From Cyanophora paradoxa CCMP329 (taxonomy: Eukaryota; Plantae; Glaucophyta): a stretch of DNA of 64,000 nt. The stretch's first letter is position 1. Each line of letters begins with the position of its first letter. The stretch lies in contig QPMI01000189.1 of NCBI GenBank assembly GCA_004431415.1, positions 62,001-126,000 on the forward strand. The letters run 5' to 3'. The position numbers and the translations under genes are program-made. Below the pieces are notes generated by a model. It did no database searches and was not told the origin of the DNA. It worked only from the letters and a program-made list of their open reading frames with translations. Shown in pieces: positions 12,244-25,000 of this stretch.

Positions 12244-12577
12244 CGGTGCCCGTGTACGGCCTGTACACGTCGGGCCCGAGCCCGGCGATCGTGTTTTGGG
12301 CAGTTTCCTGAGAGGCGCGCGGGGCGTGAGCGGGCGCTCCCGGTAGCTAATAGCTAAGACAACAGGCCCACCAACACTTCCGCCACCGAAGCAATATCCT
12401 TCCCCATCTGCGGGCGGATTGTGAGCGTCAAAGCTAAGCTGCACTCAAGTAGCTAACGCACCAGGCCGCTGCTCATGAGCGGTCCCGCCAGGCTCGGAGG
12501 CCGGCCGACGCCACGAGCAAACTTAGAAGCAGGGGGCTGCAGTCCGGCGCGAGGGGGCAGCTGCATGGACCGTGCTG

Positions 12578-14199
12578 ATGGCGCCGAAGATCCCACAGCC
12601 GGCTGCGGCAGCTGTCCGAGAGCCTTGGCGGGTGGCGGACCGTGCAGGAAGCCCGCAGATAGCGACTTCGTGTTTAGCCCACCGAGCTCTGGAGGCTGTG
12701 CATCCTGGCCTACTGGGCCAGATATACTCCTCAGCATCGCCGTGGCTATACAATCTTTCTCAGGTTGGCTCCTTCGAGGGGTACGCAAAACGGAAACCAT
12801 GGCGCGCAGCCGCAGGAAGCCGGCGCAGGGTGCGCTCGTGTGCTGCCCGCTACCGGAAAACTCACTGGAGCTATTTCGCAGATCCGGCGGCCGCGGACGC
12901 CTCAGGAAATTCAACTGAACCGCCGCTCGTCCCGCTCGCGGAGGACACGGAGGCCGCGAACGCGGATCTTTCCCTGATCGTCGCTGCTGCTCCTCAGGAT
13001 GTTGAGGAACCGGCTGCCCCCGCGGTGAGCCCGTAAGCGCTGGCGAGCCGCTGTGGTTGAGATTTGATCTCTCTGCTTAGCCGAAGCGGACGAGGCGAGC
13101 CACGAGCTGCAGTGCAAAAGTGTCCGAAAAGGATGAATCAAGCAGTTCAGATGCCCTCTCGGCGCTGCCCGCGATCCCCGAGCCCACGACGCCGGCGCCG
13201 GCGTCCGCAGCGGGCCCCTCCACAGTTCTCGGCGATCGCCTGGCGGTTCCCATCAAGCGGGAGCGGCGCGACGAGGACGAGGGGCGCGACCCGAAGGCGG
13301 GCGGCGCGGCGGTCGCGGCCGGCGAGGAGGAGTTCCCGCTCACGCAGGGCATCCTGCGCTTCGACCTCTCGGCGGCCGTCGAGGAGGAGCTGCGGCGCGC
13401 CCTCGCGGAAAACAAGCGCCTGCGTGCCGCGCTGGACGAGGAGAAGAAGATGAGCGCACGCCTGGTCTCCGAGGCTGTGTCGGGCGGGCAGCGGATCGCC
13501 TCCCTCGAGCGCGAGGTAGCGACGCTGCGGGCCGAGGTCCAGCGCTGCGGCGGTGCGCGCGGCCGTCGCGGATCTAGAGCATGGCCAGTGCGCCGACTGC
13601 AGCGCTCGCAGAGGTCCAGGCGCGCAGCTCGCGGGCGAGGCAGCAGCAGACCCAGGACCTGCGCCGTCAGTACCGCAAGCAGCGTGGTGCGGCTGCCCCG
13701 CCGCCATCCACGCGCTGGCGGCCCGGCGCGACGCTCCGTGCTCGCAGCTCTGGCGCAGCAGGCGGAGTTCAAGCTGGGGGTGGCGCAGAAGGAGCTGGAG
13801 CGGGTGAAGTCGGCCGGCTTCGACTCGGACATGCAGGCCGGCATGCTCCAGCGCGAGGTCGCCCAGCTCCGCGCCGCCGTGCAGAAGCAGAAGGGCGCGC
13901 CGGCCGCCCGCCCCGCGGATCCCGCTGGCGCTGGCCTCACAGCTGTGCGCAGCGGCGGAGGAGCGGGGCGAGCGAGAGGTGGCGCGCCTCGCCGACGCGA
14001 ACAAGGCCCTCCTGCAGCGCGTCATGGAGCTCAGCTCGGCCGAGCGTCAGGGACGGGCGCCGGCCACCCCCGCCCCCGTGCACAGCCATCCGGCGCCCCG
14101 GCAGCCGCAGCCGCAGCAGCAGCACGGGCAGCTCGTCCCGGGGGCGGGGCGTGCGCAGGCCTCACCCTCATCGCAGCAGCGCGGGTGCGGGCACGGGAG

Positions 14200-14238
<39 letters not shown>

Positions 14239-14464
14239 CCAGCAGCCGTACGGCGGCGGCTCCTCCAGCCAGCTGTGGATGCAGGCGCCGCCGGCGCCCG
14301 CGCAGCAGTACGAGGCGGGGTACGGGCAGGGCGCCTCGAGCTCGCAGTACGGGCAGCACGGGTCCGGCCACGCGGTGCGTGCTTCCTGGGGCCGGCGTTT
14401 CTCGTGCCCCGGCCGCCTCATCTGACCCTTCCTGCAGAATTACGGGGCCCGCCAGTTCTACTAA
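12578..14464 (+). CDS. Coiled-coil protein with a Q/G/Y/S-rich prion-like C-terminus, multi-exon; start uncertain
   Basis: EELRRALAENKRLRAALDEEKK..IASLEREVATLRAEV; AQKELERVKS..LQREVAQLRAAV; tail GSQ12YQQPYGGGSSS..YEAGYGQGASSSQYGQHGSGHA|NYGARQFY* with TAA at 14462-14464. Confidence 0.6.
14201..14236 (+). repeat. (CAG)12 coding microsatellite (polyQ)
   Basis: Twelve perfect CAG units read directly from the sequence. Confidence 0.95.
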
Positions 14465-14946
14465 GACAAGACATGCAGGGGGAAACGATATGCACGAAAC
14501 CAGCCGCTGGCCATCATGATCATGCCATGGAACAGCATGCACAGCGTAGATAGATCTAGAGGGGATGAACAGGCGGTGGGTGTACAGTACGTACTACTAC
14601 GGTAGCTATAGATTCAACCAGTCCGGCCGCCAGGCCCTCCGAACCTGAATCTTTCATGTGAACTTCTCACAGCGTGTTTGGGGGTTGAGAATCACCGTGG
14701 CACATCGCATTTTGAAAAAAGCTCAAAGGCAATAAGCTTACGAACACCAACGACTGTCTGTGTGGGTACCTATCTTTCTAAATCTGTCTGCCGGGAACTC
14801 GGAACCTTAATGTCATGGACACTCACTTGAATATTGATGGCTGAGGAAGGGGGAAAAGCAAAACTGTGCGGGCAGCACCCCAGAGGGGGGGTCTCTGCAC
14901 CGGAGAGAGCACTGTGGCACGAAAGGGGGCAACGCGGCCGGCCAGG

Positions 14947-16418
14947 CTACGCCTTGGGCTGGGCGTCCTCGGCGTCGGGGGCCGGGGCCGGGGCCGGGGC
15001 GTCGGCGACTTTCGAGGCCTGGACGGCGAGGTACACGGCCCAGACGAGGCTGACGGTGTTGAGGAAGAGGGCGCGGAAGGGGGGCGGCACGAGGAAGAAG
15101 TTGGCCGTCTGCGCGGCCGGCCAGAGGCGCCAGTTGGCGAGCATCGCCGACGGCATGTCCTGCCTCAGCTTCTGCGCGATGTACGCGGGGCCGCGGCCCT
15201 GCCCGATGGCCACCACCTGCAGGCGCCGCCCGGCCCCTCAGGCCCTGCCCCGCGGGCGCGGCACCGGAGCGCCGCGCTCGCACCGTGAAGAACGTCGCGA
15301 TGGCCGCCGGCGCGTACATCGTCTGCCGGCCGGGCGCGTGAGCGGGGCGGACTGCGGTCGCAGGGACGCCCCGGCCGGGGGCGGGCACCTGGTCGAGGAG
15401 GAGCTTCTTGAAGACGGCGCCGGGGGTGCGCCCGGGGAAGGTCCCGTCGAGGAAGCCGTACCACATGTGGATGCTGGCGGCGGGGCGGCGGGGGGCGTCG
15501 GGGGCGCAGGAGAGGGGCGGGGGGGCTGCGGTGGCGGACCTGGGCCCGTGCAGGCACTGGCCGACGAGGGCCATCATGGCGGTGCGCTGGGGCTTGTAGG
15601 CCGCCACGCGCTCCACGACGAGCTGCGCGAAGAGGTCCGAGAGCATGAAGAACACCGCCGACGTCGCCCCCTTCGTCACCATCGGCCTCGCCTCCAGCGC
15701 CCGCCCGTACGCCTCGAAGAACCGCTGCAGCGCGCCCGAGCCCTTGCTCGAGCCGGTCGCCTCGCCCGCGCCCTCCCCCGCTCCGTCCTCCTCTTCTTCC
15801 TCCCCCGACCTGCGGTGCAGAGTTTGCTGCTGCCGCCGCGGGGCGGCGGCGGCGGCGGACGCACCCCCCGAGTGCGACGACCCGGGGCGGCCGCGTGCCT
15901 GCGCGGAGGGGCCTCAGCGCGCCGTAGCTAAGCTTCCGCGAACGATTTCTGCAAACAAAATGCACCGTCCCCGCCGCTGGACTGCGCCTTGGGCTCCGCT
16001 GGTGTCGACGAGCCCTCGAAACTGACCGACCTGTCGGCACCGCCCGAGGCCGGCGGCGGGGATCTGCTGGCCCGAAGCTCAGCGATGCGCCGGCGAAGTG
16101 CGTCCTCGTCCACGTCAAACTCGATGATCCGGCGGGCCGGTGCCCGCGGCGAGGCAAGCCTCGCGAGGAACTCGCGGCGATTCGTCGCAGCCGCTTTCCT
16201 CGGCCGAACCCGCGCCGCCGGCTGCGCGACCAACTCAGATGCGTTCAGTGCATCTAATCGTGTAGGGAAACGAGCGGCCCGGGCTCGGCGCGCCGCCCAG
16301 GATTGCGAACCTCTGGCGCGATCCGGGCGCAGACGGGGCACGACGCCCGCACCAAACCCCGCAGAAGAGGCCGCTGCTGCTGAGCCGCAGGAGCCGCCGG
16401 GCCCGCGAAGCACTCCAT
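14947..16418 (-). CDS. Mpv17/PMP22 family membrane protein with an N-terminal extension (putative plastid transit peptide)
   Basis: YGRALEARPMVTKGATSAVFFMLSDLFAQ...HMWYGFLD..KKLLLDQ|TMYAP...ANWRLWPAAQTANFFLVPPPFRALFLNTVSLVWAVYL is the classic Mpv17 motif set. Putative start MECFAGP at 16418. Confidence 0.85.
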
Positions 16419-16865
16419 GATTCGGATCAGATGCTGCTACTATTATGCGGTATCCCTGCCGGCCACCGGGTGGCCGGGATCCGGAGTTCGAGCAAAGCGC
16501 AACAACAGCGGCGAGGCGAGCAAATCTTGCTAAGCTCTGATCCCTTTGTGACCGTAAGCGCCGCGCCGAGCTCCCGGCGGCAAACGGCGCGGACGCATGC
16601 GCGCACGTGCAGCCGCGCGGCAGCAACATTAATTGCAATGCGGCCGCCGGGCCACGCTGTACATGTGCAGCTGTGAGACCAACCGCCTCGCACGGACCGC
16701 GGGACTCCGGCTAGCTTGTAAGCCTCGGGCTCGGGGGGCCCGGCGGAGTCTCGAGAGCTGCATGATCATTCAATTAAAAACGGACCTAGGGTGGCGACGG
16801 CGACATCAAACTAAAGTGGAAACGCCAGGGGAGAGGGGGCGGGGCGGGGGGGGGCGGCCCGGGGG

Positions 16866-18402
16866 TTATTGGGAGGGCTTGCGGGCGATGAGCCAGGAGG
16901 CGGGGCTGTGGATGTCGGGGATGGCGGTGGGTGGCTCGAGGCCGGCGTCGTGGAGGATGGCGTCGAGCTCGGGGCGCGTGAAGGTCCGCCCCGAGCGCGT
17001 CCACGCCCGCAGCGAGAGCTCCAGCAGCCGCGCGAACGGGTTCCGGTCCTGGTACCCGGCGGGGCTCTCGTCCCGCACGAACGCGTAGGCGACGAGGAGG
17101 CCGCCCGGGCGCAGGCGGGCGGCGAGGCGGCGGAGGAGGCGGCGGTTGCGGGGCCCGTCGGAGAGGTGCACGGCGTGCGCGACGACGACGACGTCGTACC
17201 CGGAGCCGAGCTCGGGCTCCTCGGCGCCCTCGGGGGCGTCGGCGAGGGCGAGGAGCGCGCCCTCGCGGAAGGAGACGCGCGAGGCGATCGCCGCCTCCAC
17301 GCGCTCCATCTGCTGCTCCGCGTGCCGCCGGAACTCCGCCGGCACCAGCAGCGTCACCACCGCCTTCGGATGCACCTTCGCGTACCCGAACCTGCCGCCC
17401 CCGCTCAGCGCCCCGCCCCGCGCGGGCGGCGGCGCGGGGCGGGGGCGGCACCCGTAGGAGCCGACGCCGCCGGCGACGTCGAGGACGGTGACGCTCTCGT
17501 TGACGGGGAAGGTCTGCGAGAGCAGCAGGGGCAGCGCCTGGCCCGGGTCCACCCCCCGGTAGAACGCCTGGCGCGCCCGTCAGCCCGCCGCGAGCACGCC
17601 GCCCTGGCCCGCCCCGAGCGCGGCGGCGCACCTGCGAGTAGTAGTGGTCCCAGAAGGGCCTGTCGTAGAACTCGTTCGTCTCGTTCGCCTGCGGGCTCCC
17701 GCCCGCCTTCACCGCCTCCTCCAGGCTCATGTAGCCCAGCGTCTGCCCCGCCGACGGCGTGAGCGGCGAGGCGCCTGCGCTCGGAGCCGGCCTCCGCGCA
17801 CCACCGGCCGGCTGGACACGAGCTCGAAGAGAGGGCCGAGGAAGCCCACCTTGTTCCGAACCTGCGCGCGTTCCGCTCAGCGGCGGGCCCGAGCGGTTCG
17901 GCGGAGCAACGGTCGGCCATGCGCGAGGGATGCGGCGCGGCGCGCTCACCAGGTGCTCCGAGGAGGTCTTGGTCAGCGCATACTTGCCGTTCGATCCGAG
18001 GGACACAAGGTCGTTGAGCGCGAGGGCTTCCAGCAGTGCGTGCGTCGCGCCGGCATCCAGCTTCTTCGCCTCGGCCACCTCCTGGGCTGTCGACGGATTC
18101 TGCTCCAGCATGTCGAAGATGCCGAGATCGAGGCTCGCCCGCAGCGACGCCGTGATCAGGGCGCCGTGCATGTAGCTGTAGAGCCGCTCCTCCCGCGCCG
18201 GCGTGTAGTAGTTGTAGTAGTAGTGTTGCACAAGCCCGCTCGCGGCGATCATCACGATGATGCCGATGAGCGTCGCCACGATGGCCCCGACGACTGCGCA
18301 GATGGTCACACCGCTGCCCATGTTCTTGAAAACCGCGGCGAGCGGCGGCTCCTTTTTTGCGGCCTGCTTCTTGGCCTGTTGGCCGCCATCGGCCGGCGCC
18401 AT
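16866..18402 (-). CDS. SAM-dependent O-methyltransferase (family 2, ASMT/CrtF-like dimerisation domain) with an N-terminal TM helix
   Basis: LRASLDLGIFDML..TAQEVAEAKKLDAGATHALLEALALNDLV..GKYALT dimerisation domain; motif I VLDVAGGVGSYG; YDVVVVAHAVH..LRPGGLLV..GRTFTRPELDAILHDAGL. Hydrophobic helix VTICAVVGAIVATLIGIIVMIAASG. Confidence 0.85.
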
Positions 18403-18826
18403 TTTGCCCGGCGCTGCTTTAGTTGCTTGCTACGGCTTGTTTGAAGAGCGCGGAAGATAACTGTACCCTAGAGAGTCCAAGCCTGGCAAGCCGCCTCGGC
18501 TCCAAGCCACAGTTTTCGGTCCTCTGCAGCGAATCCGCGCTCTCTCTCTCTCGCCTCCCCGCAGACTCCAGCCTCGCAGGAAACCAGCCTGATTCCGGAT
18601 CCCAGGCTGGGCGCGCCTGCCGTGCCGGTTCGTATCGCGTGACGCAGCGCGCGCGAGGGCGTGCTACCCCCCAATTGCGCAAGGAAAGGAAGCTTGAGGC
18701 AAACCAAGTTCGGTGCGCTCCGCGCATGCGGGCCACTCCATACCTTCCTGTTCGGTCGGCTCGCGCTCACAGCACTCGCCCGCTATGGCCCAGCCCTCGT
18801 TCGCAGGCCAGCCGACACCTCGCGCA

Positions 18827-19552
18827 ATGACAGACGACGATCACCACCACGACGCCTCGAAGTCCTTCTGGACGCAGTACGGTGAGCGCAGCCGCGGCGC
18901 ACGCCTGGGAGGGCCCTGCGGCCAGGCCCGCCCTGTCGCTCAAGCTTGCGCTCCCGCAGGCAGTGGCCGCTTCGCCGTGTGCGCGGATGAGGTTATCCTA
19001 GAGTCGGCGAAGGGGTTCGGCCTCGCTTTCACTTTCGGTGCGCGCCGGCGCCGGTTTGCCAGGACGCGCACGCGTCGGTCGGCCTCGCTGATCCAGCCGC
19101 GGCGCAGCGGGAGTGTGCGAGCGGTTGTTCGGTGCGAGCTGGAGGGGAGGCGGGAATATTTCATGCCGCTGACAGGGCTGCGCAGGAAAGAAATTCCCGA
19201 CGTTCGCGCGGCTCTCCCCGACGCTGCGGTTCTACTCCGTGCTGGGTCCGCGCGCGCGCCGGTGCTGTCGCTCAACCTTCCGCGTGTCGGGCTGACGGGC
19301 GGTGTGGGGGGGTGGGTACAGCGGTGGGCATGGTGGGGTTCTCCTACTGGGGCGAGACCGCGATGCAGGTTCGCGGTCCGAGCCGCTGGAAACAGCGGGG
19401 CGTGGGGAGGGGGGCGACCCCCTTCCCGCCTTGTTCCCTCCCTTTCTGAGACGGCGGTGCAGGAGTGCGCGATCCGGAGACAGTACGAGGAGCAGGCGCT
19501 GCGCAAGAAGGCGAAGGAGGCCGCCGCCCTCGCTGCCAGCGCCGCCAAGTAG
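18827..19552 (+). CDS. Small two-TM protein, ENOD93/RCF2-N-terminal (mitochondrial inner membrane)-like, multi-exon
   Basis: Spliced MTDDDHHHDASKSFWTQYG|SGRFAVCADEVILESAKGFGLAFTF...KKFPTFARLSPTLRFYSVL|AVGMVGFSYWGETAMQ|ECAIRRQYEEQ... The family call is from resemblance only. Confidence 0.5.
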   Translation: MTDDDHHHDASKSFWTQYGERSRGARLGGPCGQARPVAQACAPAGSGRFAVCADEVILESAKGFGLAFTFGARRRRFARTRTRRSASLIQPRRSGSVRAVVRCELEGRREYFMPLTGLRRKEIPDVRAALPDAAVLLRAGSARAPVLSLNLPRVGLTGGVGGWVQRWAWWGSPTGARPRCRFAVRAAGNSGAWGGGRPPSRLVPSLSETAVQECAIRRQYEEQALRKKAKEAAALAASAAK

Positions 19553-19800
19553 CGCCCGGAGCCCCCCAGCAGCGTAGTCTAGGGCAGCTTATCTAGCGTT
19601 AGATAGGAGGCAGCTTAGCTAGCTACACCCCCCCGCCCCCCCCCCCCCCCCCCTGCAGAAAAAAACTCGACTGGAGTTTCCCTAGGAATATTCACAGTTG
19701 CAAGCCCCGCTCGCGTCGGATCCAGCTTTCTTGCACTCACGGGCGATTCCTCGTGCTAGACAAATCAAACTGTACAGAGCGGGGCGGGCAAGGGCGGGGG

Positions 19801-19963
19801 TCACTTCTTGCCGCCGCCGCGGAAGCCGCCCCAGCCGCCGCGGGCGGCGTTCTGCTGGAAGTCCCGAACGGTTTCCTGCTGCGTTTGGTACTCCCGGCGC
19901 GCTCCAGCCCCCGCGCTCCCGGGCCGGCCCCCGCCACCGCCACCGCCGCCGCCGCCGCCGCCT

Positions 19964-20024
<61 letters not shown>

Positions 20025-21609
20025 TCCCGCGGCCGCCACCGCCGCGGGCCGACTGCGGGCGGCCGCCGCCCCCGCCGCCCCGGCCGCCGCCGCCGAAACC
20101 GCCGCCGCCGCCTCCGGCGGAGCGCTGCTTCCAGTCGGGCATGAGGTCACGGGCCGAGGGCCGTAGCTCGTTCACCCGCCCGCCGCGGTCGGGGACCTGC
20201 CCCGTGCTCAGCGCCGCCCCGCCCGCCCCGCCCGCCCCTCGGCGGACCTTGCCGATGAGGACGTGCATGATGGAGGACTTGACGGGGGTCTCGCTGGTGC
20301 GCTGCGGGGCGGTGAGGGGGCCGGCGAGGTGGGGGGTGGGGGGATGGGGCGGGGCGGGGCGCCTGGATGGCGGCGATGGCCTCCGTGGCGGCGAAGACCT
20401 CCTCCTCCCCGAACGCCCGCCCCTCCCCTGCGCCCCGCTCCAGCCCCCGCCCCCGCGGCGCCGGCGGGGCCCGGGGCGGGTCACCGAGGAGGCGCTTGGC
20501 GCGCTGGATGGTGTCCCGGACCTCCGCCTCCTTGTCCCGCACGCGGGGCGACCACAGGAACGAGTCCAGCGTCACGTCCAGCCGCTGCAGCAGCATCTCC
20601 CGCCGCATCCCGTACTCCTCCCGCAGCGCCCCCGCGATCGCCCCGAGCTCCCCCTGCCCCGCCCCCCGTCGGGGCGGGGTGCTGGGCGGGGGGCGGGGGC
20701 GGGGCGGACGAGCTGCTTGGGGGAGAAGGCGGCGCGGTCGAGGAGGGGGCCGAGGTACGTGGGCGGCAGGGAGGGGAGGAGGCCCTCCACCTTCCCCCCG
20801 CCCCCCGTCGGCCCCCCGCCCGCGCCACGCCCACCGGCACGGGCCGCACCTTGGCCTTGCACGCGAGCACGAGCTGCGGGGCGCTGGGGCCGGCCTCCGC
20901 GACCGCCACCGCCAGCGCGTCGCACGCCGCCCGCAGCTTCGCCCCGAGCACCTCGCCCTGCGCCCCGCCCCCGCTCTCATCGGCCCGCCGCGCGGCCGGC
21001 GCCGGACGTCCACGGCGCGCACGGGCGACGGCTCGACCTCCATCGGCGTGGGTGCCGAGAGGGACTGCGCCGCCAGCAGGCGGCTCGCCTGCACCTCGCT
21101 GGCCAGGAAGTCTGCGCCCCGCGCGGCGGGGGTCGGCGCACGCGGGAAGCGATCGTTCCGCCGGGGCCCGCACCGAGGAGGTTGATGCGTGCCTGCGGCG
21201 CCCCGTTCATGTTCGCGTCGCCGGCGTAGTCTGGTTGTCCCGCGCTCCAGTCAGCGGCGCGTCCGGGCTCAGGCTTGAGACTCAGGCCATTCTCACCGAG
21301 GTTGGGCAGCACGTTTGCGAGGGAACGCTCGAACTGGCTCGGCGGGTTGATCGGTACAGGCTGGACGTCGAGCGAGTTCAGCGCCAGGATCTCGTTGGAC
21401 AGGCGGGCGCAGAGCCTCCTGAACAGCTCCGACTTTGCTCCCGACTTCACCGCCTTCGCAACCTCGTCGTAGGTCGCGTCCTTGTCGCCGAAGCTGCACG
21501 GACCCGTCAGATGAAGCGGCGCCCTCGACGCCGGTACACCGGCTTACGCAATGTCCTCGAGGCGATCACAGAAGTTGTTCAGAGCCGTATCGAACGCGTC
21601 GGCGGCCAT
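19801..21609 (-). CDS. FAM98: FAM98 family protein (tRNA ligase complex-associated) with an RGG/poly-Gly tail
   Basis: LL|DFLASEVQASRL; LREEYGMRREMLLQRLDVTLDSFLWSPR; SSIMHVLIGK|VPDRGGRVNEL...MPDWKQRS followed by a Gly/RGG tail. These are diagnostic FAM98A/B motifs. Confidence 0.9.
19933..20023 (-). repeat. (GGC)n coding microsatellite, poly-Gly of FAM98
   Basis: About 30 near-perfect GCC units on the + strand. Confidence 0.9.
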
Positions 21610-22067
21610 TTTGGCCCACGACTGCTGCGCCTGCGCGGCGTGCGTAAGACAAAGCTCTGAGCCGATTTGAGCGTGTCCAAGCGCACCGCGGACCGCCGCT
21701 GCAAGGATTTCGCTGCCGCGCGACACTTTCACTGGGGGATACGCAATTAGCCGAGAGAGAAGCTGCACGAGCATTGGGGCTCGACGCAGGCAACGCAGCG
21801 GTTTCGCGCAGTGCGCGCGCGGTAGTAATGTGAACAAAATCGAGTCCTCGCAGTGGCGCGAAGTAGGTCCGGTCAAACGCGGCGTTGCATCGCGCCGTCG
21901 CGTAAGCAAGCGCACTCTGGCCCTTTCTTTGACCTAAATCCAACGTCTGCTCGCCCTCGCGGTGCGCCCGAAGGCGCCAGTGGCCCGTTCTCTCAGCAGT
22001 TGTCCTCGAGGCGAACGCGAATTCGACCCGCAGCTCAGCCTCAGCGGCGTCCCCGAGAGTGATCTTG

Positions 22068-25000
22068 ATGTCGCAGCTCGCGCAGCAGCAGCGGCAGCAG
22101 CAGGCAGCGGCGCCGAGCGCGCCGCCTGATGCCAGTGTCCTCTTGGGAATACTTCAGCAAGCCGGCGCCGCCGTGCCACAGGCCGTCGCGGCGCCGAGTG
22201 CACCTTCTCTTGCGACGATCTTCAATGCGCAACAGGCGCACGCGGCATTGCCGGCGCCCCACAACACCAACCCGGCTGCTTTATTGAGCTTAATAGCGAG
22301 GCTCTCGCAGCCGCAGCCGGCCCCGGTCCCAAACGCAGCCGTGCCGGGCGCAGCTGGGCCCGCCTCGATCGGCACTACTTCGCAGACCATGACTGCCGCG
22401 AAGCAAATCTACGACCTGCTTATGAAGCCGGATTTGGAGATGGTGCGGCGGCACCACATCGAGCAGCTGCGGAGCCCGGCTGCAACGGAGCCGGAGCTCG
22501 CCCGCGCCTCCGCCCGCTTCGTCAAGGTGCGCTGCATCCCGCCGCCTCTCACCCCGCTGCCCTGCAATTTGACACGCGATTGCGATCCACAGGCGCTCAT
22601 TGTGTCGCCCCGTTGCGTCCGCCGCCCGCCCCGCCTCGCCTCCGCCCCGTGCACGCGCGCCGCGCGCTGACCGCGAGGGGCGCGTGGACGGGGCCGGCAG
22701 AGACGACGCAGGGGGAGCTGGATGAGCACGAGGTCGTGGAGGCGCTGTGCGCGGCGGCGAAGGCGGAGTCGGAGGAGGGCGAGGAGAGGTCGGACCTGCG
22801 GCGCGCCGCCGTCCACGCCCTCCAGCGCGCCGCCGCCGACGCCCTCTGCGAATACGTCGCCCGTGCGACGCCTCCCGCCCGCCGCTGCGCGCGCGGGGCG
22901 AGGGCGGCGGGTGAGCGCGGGGGCAGGCTTCGGGGGCACGATGGCGGGCGGGCTGGTGCAGTGGCGGGAGGTGCGCGCCGCGCTGCTCGCCGCCGTCGAC
23001 CCCGTCGCCGAGCGCCGCAAGCCCTCGGCCCTCGTCCGCCTCCTCGCCGCCCTCCGCGTCGCCCTCGGCGCCCTCTCCCGTGCGGCCCCCCCGGCCCGCC
23101 TCGGGCCGGCGGCAGCGGGCGGCGGCTGAGGCGGGGGATGGGCAGAGGGGGCCGGCGGGGCGCCGGGGAACAGCCGGGAGCTGTACGCGGCGGTAGAGGC
23201 GGCGCGGAGGAGCGGGGAGGGGACGAGGAGGTGGAGGCGGCGGCGGCGGGCGTGCTGCAGGCCGCCAAGCTCTCCGACCTCGCCGGTGCCCGCAAGCGCC
23301 TCGCCCCGGGGGCGAACCGCCCGGCCCCGCCGCCTCCTCCTCCTCCGCCCCGCCCGAGTCCGGCGCGAGCTCCTCGGTGCGCCCCCTACCCCGGACCCCG
23401 CGCCGGGCCCTCACGCGGGCAAGGCCGGGGAGGGCGGGCGCGGGGCGAAGGCGGCGCGGCGGGAGCGGGACGAGACGCCGTCGCCCCCCGGCAACGCCGC
23501 TTCCGGCAGCGGCGGCGAGGCAGCGGCCGCCCCGCCGGCCCTGGCGGCGCCCGCGCCGGCCCCGGGATCTGGGGCGGAGGATGTCCTCGCGGAGGCGCAG
23601 GCGCTGCTGGGGGCGCTGCGGGCGTGCGCGCCGGACGCGGTGCGGGGGGAGGCGCCGGCGCACAACATCCCCGCGCGGGTGGCGGCGTTCGTGCTGCGGA
23701 AGCTCGTGGGGACGGAGCGGATGGAGTGGGAGGCGCCGCTCCTCCAAGAGCTCGAGTTCTTCGCCAGGCGGGGCGTCCCCATCCCCCCCGTCGCCGCCCC
23801 CGCCGACCCCCGCCCCGGCCTCCCCCGCGTGCCTCCCTCGGCCCGGCCGCCGGCGCGCAGGGGCGACGTGGCTAAGGGGCGGCGTGGCAGGTGAACCGGG
23901 CGACGCTGACGAAGGAGTTCCGGGGGGCGATGGAGCGGAGCCTGGAGGCGCTGCTCGCCGCCCTGCGCGCCGCCCGCGCCGACGCCGACGACCTCCGCCG
24001 CCAGCTCACCGCCGCCCGCGGCCTCCACGAGGCCCTCGAGGCCGAGGCGAGGGCCGCGCAGAGGCGCGCGGCGGAGGCCGAGGCCGAGGCGAGGGCGGGC
24101 AGAGGCGGGTGGCGGAGGCGGAGGCGAGCGCGGGGCGGCTCGCGATGGAGCGCGACAGGCTGCGCGACGAGAGCCTCGAGGGGCAGCGCGCCGTGTGCCC
24201 CGGGCCTTCGAAGGCGCCCCCGCCCCACCCGCCCCGCCCCTCTGACCGGGCGCCAGATGAGCGTGCTGCGGACGCTGCACGAGGCGAAGGGCTGCGGCCC
24301 CGTGAGCGCGCGGGCGGAGATCTGCCCGGCCCTCGGCATCCCGCACGCCGCCCTCGGGCGCCGCTCCTCCTGCGGCCCGCCCCCGGCCTCCTCGTGCCCC
24401 CGCCGCGGGTCCCGAGAGGGGCGGCCCCGCACGGCGCGCAGGCGGGGCCGAGGCCTCGGGGAGAAGCGGCGGCGCTCGGGGTCGCGGAGCCCGCCGCCGG
24501 GGCACTCCGACGCCGCCGCCGCGAGCTCGACGCCCTCGCGAGGGAGCGCGTGCGCCCGCCCCGCCCCGCCCCGCCCCGCCCCAGCCCGCCCCGACCCCGA
24601 CCCCGCCCAGGAGGCCGTGCGCGGGGAGGTGGAGAAGCTGCGGGGGAGGTGGCGCGGCTGCGTGCGGCGCTGCGGAGGAATCGGAGCGGCTCGCGCTGGC
24701 GCAGGAGCGGACGGCCGCCGAGCGGGGCGAGCTGGAGGAGGCGAGGGCCGCGAGGGAGCGCGCCGAGGCGAAGAAGAGGGCCGCCGAGGCGGCCCGCGAC
24801 GAGGCCGAGGCGGCCCGGCGCGAGGCGGCCCGGGAGGCGGCGCGGCTGAAGGAGGAGGCCGGGGCGGCGGCGGCCCGGCGCGGGAGGAGGCGGGGCGGAT
24901 GAGGGAGGAGGCGGCGCTCTTCGCCGCCCGCGCTCGCGAGGAGGCGGCGCGCGTGAGGGAGGAGGCGGGGCGGATGAGGGAGGAGGCGGGGCAGGAGGCG

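Noticed and set aside
19628-19653. Poly-C tracts (also about 25588-25650 and 36368-36391)
   Set aside because: Simple homopolymers in spacers or introns, with unreliable length and no functional evidence.
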